The translations under genes were made by a program, and so were the position numbers. This document shows, one piece after another, positions 7,047-11,699 of a stretch of DNA of 11,699 nucleotides (position 1 is the stretch's first letter; the number at the start of each line of letters is the position of its first letter). The notes under the pieces were generated by a model. It was given only the letters and a program-made list of their open reading frames with translations. It was not told the origin of the DNA and did no database searches. Source of the stretch: an uncultured bacterium (GTDB taxonomy: Bacteria; CAIJMQ01); NCBI GenBank assembly GCA_964573245.1, contig CAZNJA010000042.1:1-11699 (forward strand). Direction: 5' to 3'.

Positions 7047-7142
7047 ATGGCAAAGAAAAAAGCCAAAAAGAAAGTAGCAAAAAAGAGAAAAACCACAAAG
7101 AAAAAAACCGCAAAGAAGAAAAAGAAAGGTTCCCGTAGATAG
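7047..7142 (+). CDS. 31-aa Lys-rich basic microprotein (histone H1 tail/protamine-like)
   Basis: Hand translation: MAKKKAKKKVAKKRKTTKKKTAKKKKKGSRR*. Very strong SD AGGAGGTGA (7029-7037) 9 nt before the ATG, upstream promoter, hairpins after the stop. Not in the ORF track, presumably because it is too short. Confidence 0.8.
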   Translation: MAKKKAKKKVAKKRKTTKKKTAKKKKKGSRR

Positions 7143-7171
7143 ATAGGTGAATAATATCAATGTTATTCCAA

Positions 7172-7236
7172 ATTGGGGCTGGACCTAACTTGAATCCTCG
7201 TATACTTTACATAACGAATTAGGGCCAGCCCTCAAT
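7172..7236 (+). other. Long imperfect stem-loop between the microprotein and MATE genes
   Basis: ATTGGGGCTGGACCTAA (7172-7188) pairs with TTAGGGCCAGCCCTCAAT (7219-7236) with one mismatch and one bulge. A possible inner helix is TCGTAT/ATAACGA. A small hairpin GAATAATA-TCAA-TGTTATTC (7149-7168) precedes it. There is no U-tract. Confidence 0.7.
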
Positions 7237-7275
7237 ATTCAATCTCTTCAAAAACCGCACGTAAGAATATACAAG

Positions 7276-8652
7276 ATGATTAAAAAAAAATTTAAACAGG
7301 ATAAAGAACTCACCAAAGGTCCTATTCTGCCAAAAGTGCTCTCTTTAACAGGCCCGCTTATGGTAATAGCCATTCTTAATTCCACTCTCCATTTAATCGA
7401 TATGTTCTGGGTTGGAAAACTCGGCAAAGATTCCATCGCAGCAGTGGCAATTGGCGGAACTATTATGATGGTTGTCTTTGCGACGCTTATAGGTTTAACC
7501 AGAGGCACGGTGGCACTTGTTTCTCGATATGTCGGAGCAAAAGACACAAAAAACGCTGACGCTGCAGCAAGCCAATCCATCGTGCTTGGATTAATCATAG
7601 CGCTGGCAGCAATATTAGTCGGTCTCTTATTTACAGATAAACTATTATTAATATTAGGAGCAAGTCCAGAGGTTCTAAAAATTGGAAGTTCATATTTAAA
7701 AATCCTTCTTGTGGGCGGAATAACAATGGTTCTGCTTTTTTTCGGGAATTCCATTCTTCAAGCAGAAGGAGACACAGTAACACCTATGAAATTCATGTTT
7801 CTATCAAACATTGTAAATATCATATTAGACCCTATCTTTATATTCGGGCTGGGCATAATTCCAAGAATGGAAACATCAGGCGCGGCGTTGGCAACAGTAT
7901 TGTCTCAAGCAATACCTGCTTTGTTAGTGCTTTTTTTACTTTCCACAAGAAGTTCCAAGGTGCATATACATATTTCGCAATTCAAAATTAAATTAACGTT
8001 CCTTAAAGAAATGGTTAAGATAGGACTACCTGCTTCACTTCAAATGTTTTTCAGAAGCATAATGGGCGTGGTTTTGATGGGCATTATCGCAAGTTTTGGG
8101 ACAGCGGCTATTGCTGCTTACGGGATTGGGATGCGTCTACAAATGGTTGTACTTATGCCTGCTTTTGCTTTCGGTGGAGCTGCCTCAACTTTAGTAGGAC
8201 AAAATCTAGGAGCAAGAAAATCCAAGAGAGCCCAAAAAAGCGCATGGACAGCCACAACTTCTGATATGATTATAATGGCTTTTGTAGCAATTCTATTTTT
8301 TATTTTTGCTCCACAAATCATCAAGCTCTTTACCAATGACGAGAACATAATTCTGTTCGGCACTCAATTTTTAAGAGTAACAGCGCCTTTCTATTTATTT
8401 ATTCCTTTGGGTGTAGTACTCGGACAATCGTTAGCCGGCGCAGGAGACACAATTGTTCCAATGATTATTACACTTCTCTCACTGTGGGGATTTCAGATAC
8501 CAATGGCAATTCTGCTTTCTAAACACACATCTTTAGCCGTCAGCGGAATCTGGTGGGCTAATGCGCTTGCAAGTGCAGTGCATGGAATTCTTGTAATGAT
8601 ATGGTTTGAAATGGGGAGATGGAAGAAAAAAACAATATCTTCCGTAATATAG
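7276..8652 (+). CDS. MATE family efflux transporter
   Basis: 458 aa, about 12 hydrophobic segments in two repeats; LTKGPI, D..WVGKLG...IAAV, GDT.TPM, NIILDPIFIFG, GAALATVLSQ, LVGQNLGA, GAGDT, GIWWA. Confidence 0.95.
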   Translation: MIKKKFKQDKELTKGPILPKVLSLTGPLMVIAILNSTLHLIDMFWVGKLGKDSIAAVAIGGTIMMVVFATLIGLTRGTVALVSRYVGAKDTKNADAAASQSIVLGLIIALAAILVGLLFTDKLLLILGASPEVLKIGSSYLKILLVGGITMVLLFFGNSILQAEGDTVTPMKFMFLSNIVNIILDPIFIFGLGIIPRMETSGAALATVLSQAIPALLVLFLLSTRSSKVHIHISQFKIKLTFLKEMVKIGLPASLQMFFRSIMGVVLMGIIASFGTAAIAAYGIGMRLQMVVLMPAFAFGGAASTLVGQNLGARKSKRAQKSAWTATTSDMIIMAFVAILFFIFAPQIIKLFTNDENIILFGTQFLRVTAPFYLFIPLGVVLGQSLAGAGDTIVPMIITLLSLWGFQIPMAILLSKHTSLAVSGIWWANALASAVHGILVMIWFEMGRWKKKTISSVI

Positions 8653-8674
8653 TCGGAATAAAAGTCGAAGAAAG

Positions 8675-8713
8675 AATTTCCAATATCCAATTTCTAATTT
8701 CCAATAAATATCT
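8675..8713. repeat. Orphan heptamer tandem array (AATWTCY)n between the MATE and nitroreductase genes
   Basis: aatttcc aatatcc aatttct aatttcc (8675-8702), then aata aatatct. Confidence 0.8.
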
Positions 8714-8778
8714 AATTCATAAGTCTCAAAATGATAGAATATCCTAAGATTTTTTATATAAACCAAAGGAGGTAAATT

Positions 8779-9291
8779 ATGAACATATACGAAGCGATAA
8801 AAATAAGAAGAAGCGTCCGGGCTTATCAAAAAAAAGTCGTGCCCGAAGAAGCTTTAAACCGCATTTTGGAAGCTGCAAGATTAGCGCCATCCGCAAAAAA
8901 CAGACAGGAATTCAAACTTATAGTTGTAAAAGACGAACAAACCCGCAAAAAATTAGTCGAAGTGGCTAACAACCAACAGTTTGTCGGTGAAGCGCCTGTA
9001 GTAATCGCCGCAGTCGGGCTTACACCAGGCTATAACATGCGCTGTGATGTTCCTACCGACCCTGTTGATGTGGCAATAGCAATAGACCATATAACCTTAG
9101 CCGCAGTAGAAGAAGGTCTGGGAACATGCTGGATTGGTTCGTTTTTTCAGGATAAAGCGCGCGAACTTTTGGAAATTCCATCTTCTTATAAAGTCATCGA
9201 ACTCCTCACACTGGGATATCCTACGGATTCACCAAAACCGAAATCAAGAAAATCGCTTAATGAAATAGTCTGCTACGAAAAGTTTTGTTAG
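8779..9291 (+). CDS. Nitroreductase family flavoprotein
   Basis: 170 aa; AIKIRRSVRAY, ILEAARLAPSAKNRQ, D..IA..HI.LAAVEEGLGTCWIG, LGYP...P..R. SD AAGGAGGT at 8766-8773. Possible extended -10 TGaTAGAAT at 8732-8740. Confidence 0.95.
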   Translation: MNIYEAIKIRRSVRAYQKKVVPEEALNRILEAARLAPSAKNRQEFKLIVVKDEQTRKKLVEVANNQQFVGEAPVVIAAVGLTPGYNMRCDVPTDPVDVAIAIDHITLAAVEEGLGTCWIGSFFQDKARELLEIPSSYKVIELLTLGYPTDSPKPKSRKSLNEIVCYEKFC

Positions 9292-9299
9292 AAACAATA

Positions 9300-10988
9300 C
9301 TATTTCCTTGTAGCTTTTTTTATTTCTTTTTGTTTGAGGGTTGAATAATAGGAATGTGCGAATCTGTGTGCCTCGTCGCGGACACGCGCAAGAAAACGGA
9401 ATGATGCTATTCGAGAATTGAGAATTATTGTTTTGGATGAATAAGATAAGTGGATTTTGTTCTCACCTCTTGACCTCGTTAGAAATTTACCTGCCCGCCA
9501 AAATTTGGCAGGCGGGTTTCTAACGGGTTTGGCAATTCCTATAATAGGAATATTCTCTATACCTAAGTCACCAAACACTTGTTTTGCTATGCTCACCTGC
9601 CCCTTTCCACCGTCAACAAGAACCAAATCAGGCAACTTATTTTCCGCAAGCATTCGCTTATATCTTCTTTCCAGAACTTCTTTCATCATCGTATAATCAT
9701 CTAAAGTATCGATGCTTTTAATTTTGAATTTTCGCCAATCATTTTTTGCGGCAAGTCCTTTATCAAAGACAACCACGCTTCCGACCGCGCTTTTACCCCT
9801 TATGTTGGAAATGTCGATTCCTTCCACTCTAAACGGAGAGGAAGGCAAATTCAATCTTTTTTCTAAATCAATGAACAGGTCCACCTGTTTAGGATTCAGC
9901 TCCACTTGCTCCGTTAATCTATATTTTGCGTTATCATTTGCCATCTTTAATAATTTTTTCTTGTCGCCTTTTTTAGGAACGGAAATTTTCACGGCTTTAC
10001 CTTTGGTTTTTTTCAGCCATTTTTCCAAAAGGTCTTTTTCTTTCAAAGTAACCGGCACAAATATTTCGTTGGGAATAAGAGAGCTCAATGAATAATACTG
10101 TTCTATAAAAGATAGTAGCGCTTCTTCCGCATTGGAATTCCTTTCCGCTATTAGATTGAATTTTTCCTGCGCCGACAACTTCCCGTTTCTCACTTTCAAT
10201 AAAGCAACCAACGCTTTATTCCTCTCTTGTGCAAAGCCGATGAAATCCTGACTTTCGCCTTTCAATTTAGATATTACTCGAGGATAGGATATCTTGTGGA
10301 TGGCTTGCATTTGGTCTCTTAATTTAGTGGCTTTTTCATACTCAAAGGATTCACTTGCTAAATCCATTTTCTTTTTAAGAGAAGAGAGTAGGTTCCGCGT
10401 TTCTCCTTCAAGAAACATTGAAACATTTTCTATTATTTCCATGTAATCTTTTTTCAAAACTTCTCCGCTGCAGGGACCAACGCATCTTGCAATATGATAA
10501 TTAAGACACGGCTTGCCGTCTATTTTTGTTTTTTTGCAGGTTTTGAAAAGAAAAATTCTCTGCAACAGCAGAAGAGTTCTTCTCAAGGATTTTGTGTCAG
10601 TATAGGGACCAAAATATTTTGCCGTCTTATCATTTAAGTCACGTGTTATATAGATGCTTGGAAATTCATCGGGTAAAGATATTTTTACATAGGGATAACT
10701 TTTATCATCCCTTAACATTATGTTGTATCTGGGCTTATGCTGTTTGATTAAACTACATTCCAATATCAGGGCCTCCACTGCATTAGGAGTGATGATGTAA
10801 TCTATCGAATTTGTCTTTTTAGCCAACATGGCTTCCTTGCCGAAAACCCCGCACTGTTGGAAATGAGACTTTACTCTTTTTTTAATATTTTCGGCTTTGC
10901 CTATATAAAGATAATTCTTATCCTTATCTTTAAAGATATACACTCCGCTAGAGGTAGGAAGTGTTTTTATCTTCTTCTTAATTTCCAC
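9300..10988 (-). CDS. uvrC: Excinuclease ABC subunit C, lacking the C-terminal HhH domain and carrying an in-frame palindromic insertion
   Basis: 562 aa, GTG start. GIY-YIG (GVYIF..YIGKA..IKKRV), PRYNI.LRDDKSYPY, four-Cys cluster, UVR motif (EYEKA..LRD), RNase H-like domain (EGIDISN, DDY, DLVLVDGGKGQ, RDEAHRFA). Confidence 0.96.
   Translation of the reverse strand: MEIKKKIKTLPTSSGVYIFKDKDKNYLYIGKAENIKKRVKSHFQQCGVFGKEAMLAKKTNSIDYIITPNAVEALILECSLIKQHKPRYNIMLRDDKSYPYVKISLPDEFPSIYITRDLNDKTAKYFGPYTDTKSLRRTLLLLQRIFLFKTCKKTKIDGKPCLNYHIARCVGPCSGEVLKKDYMEIIENVSMFLEGETRNLLSSLKKKMDLASESFEYEKATKLRDQMQAIHKISYPRVISKLKGESQDFIGFAQERNKALVALLKVRNGKLSAQEKFNLIAERNSNAEEALLSFIEQYYSLSSLIPNEIFVPVTLKEKDLLEKWLKKTKGKAVKISVPKKGDKKKLLKMANDNAKYRLTEQVELNPKQVDLFIDLEKRLNLPSSPFRVEGIDISNIRGKSAVGSVVVFDKGLAAKNDWRKFKIKSIDTLDDYTMMKEVLERRYKRMLAENKLPDLVLVDGGKGQVSIAKQVFGDLGIENIPIIGIAKPVRNPPAKFWRAGKFLTRSRGENKIHLSYSSKTIILNSRIASFRFLARVRDEAHRFAHSYYSTLKQKEIKKATRK
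9471..9527. repeat. Nested palindromic element inside the uvrC coding sequence
   Basis: Outer arms CGTTAGAAA (9477-9485) and TTTCTAACG (9517-9525) are perfect complements. Inner 27-nt palindrome CCTGCCCGCCAAA-A-TTTGGCAGGCGGG (9490-9516) has 11 of 13 Watson-Crick pairs. Confidence 0.85.
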
Positions 10989-11699
10989 AACAGCGACTCC
11001 TTCAAAGACCTAATCTCAGGAACCTTCAGGAAATAACAAGCCATAAAGTAACCGGCTGAACTTACTATTGTTATTGATAAAACTGCAACTATTTTTCTTA
11101 ACGTGTTCAAAGCCATAGAATAATAGTAACTAGCTCCGAACAAAAGAAAAACACTCATAAAACAGGAAGCAATTATTATTTTCAAAATATACGGATAAAT
11201 AGTAGAAATGTTTATCTGGCCCAGATGTTTTCTTAAATAATGTATCAGCAAAATAAAATTAAGGATAGAAGCTAAAGATGTAGCTAAGGCCAATCCCCCT
11301 CCCTGCATTGATTTGATAAGGACCCAGTTAAGGACTATATTTACTGCAACCGTTACGAGCCCAATATTTAAAGGAGTGTGCATATCTTTCAGGGCATGAA
11401 ATGTAGAAGCTAATACTCTTGCCCCCGCAAAAGAAGCCAGTCCTACTGTATAAAAAATAAGAGCAAAATATGTAGAATTGGTTGCAGCAAATGTAAACTG
11501 ACCTCTTTGGAACAACATATTTATTACCGGCTTGCCAAAGACAATAAGAGCAAAAGAAGAAGGAATAATAACAAGCCCTATTAACTTTAAGGAATAAAGA
11601 AGAGTACTTTTTACCTTCTCTCTTTCTTCGTCAACAGCATGAGAAGCCAAAGTTGGGAAAACCGCTTGAGCTATTGATATCCCAAAAAGAGCAAGTGGA
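10967..11699 (-). CDS. murJ: Lipid II flippase MurJ (MviN), C-terminal part; 5' end outside the window
   Basis: The frame stays open to the right edge (PLALFGISIAQAVFPTLASHA...), so the TTG at 11650 is internal. Motifs LFQRGQF, F.ALKD..TP, NIVLN, GGLALATSLAS. Its stop overlaps the uvrC start by 22 nt. Confidence 0.93.
   Translation of the reverse strand, partial: PLALFGISIAQAVFPTLASHAVDEEREKVKSTLLYSLKLIGLVIIPSSFALIVFGKPVINMLFQRGQFTFAATNSTYFALIFYTVGLASFAGARVLASTFHALKDMHTPLNIGLVTVAVNIVLNWVLIKSMQGGGLALATSLASILNFILLIHYLRKHLGQINISTIYPYILKIIIASCFMSVFLLFGASYYYSMALNTLRKIVAVLSITIVSSAGYFMACYFLKVPEIRSLKESLLWKLRRR

Noticed and set aside
7172-7236. Known riboswitch or Rho-independent terminator
   Set aside because: I recognise no aptamer consensus and there is no U-tract; kept only as an unexplained stem-loop.
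5318-8713. CRISPR array
   Set aside because: The repeats are contiguous 7-8-nt units without unique spacers, and there are no cas genes.
564-10095. Other short ORFs in the track (564..1094, 1837..2142, 3452..3709, 3710..3979, 5681..5908, 6156..6359, 6630..6845, 7248..7754, 8118..8363, 8493..8690, 8533..8829, 9457..9696, 9712..10095)
   Set aside because: All lie antisense to well-supported genes and show no family motifs. 8533..8829 partly translates the heptamer array (WKLEIGYWKF).
11648-11650. TTG start of a 227-aa protein, as given in the ORF track
   Set aside because: The frame continues upstream to the window edge with MurJ-like sequence, so this codon is internal.

Overview
AT-rich bacterial chromosomal region, mostly housekeeping; the lineage cannot be assigned from this window. 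A minus-strand run reads tRNA-Pro(CGG), hisB, four-helix-bundle gene, hisA, topA, xerC, URO-D-superfamily gene, then a xylose-isomerase-like gene that runs off the left edge and is absent from the ORF track. A divergent plus-strand group holds cutA, an unannotated 31-aa Lys-rich microprotein with its own promoter and RBS, a MATE transporter and a nitroreductase. It converges on minus-strand murJ (5'-truncated) and uvrC. Three features stand out. (1) The four-helix-bundle (IVS-protein/Avd-like) gene sits where hisH usually lies and is bracketed by two mutually inverted 7-nt tandem arrays; two cargo-less short-period arrays occur elsewhere. (2) A nested, frame-preserving palindrome-within-a-palindrome (27 nt inside about 30 nt) is inserted in the uvrC nuclease domain. 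(3) The histone-H1/protamine-like microprotein is followed by a long stem-loop. All family assignments come from motif recognition by eye; no database searches were run.
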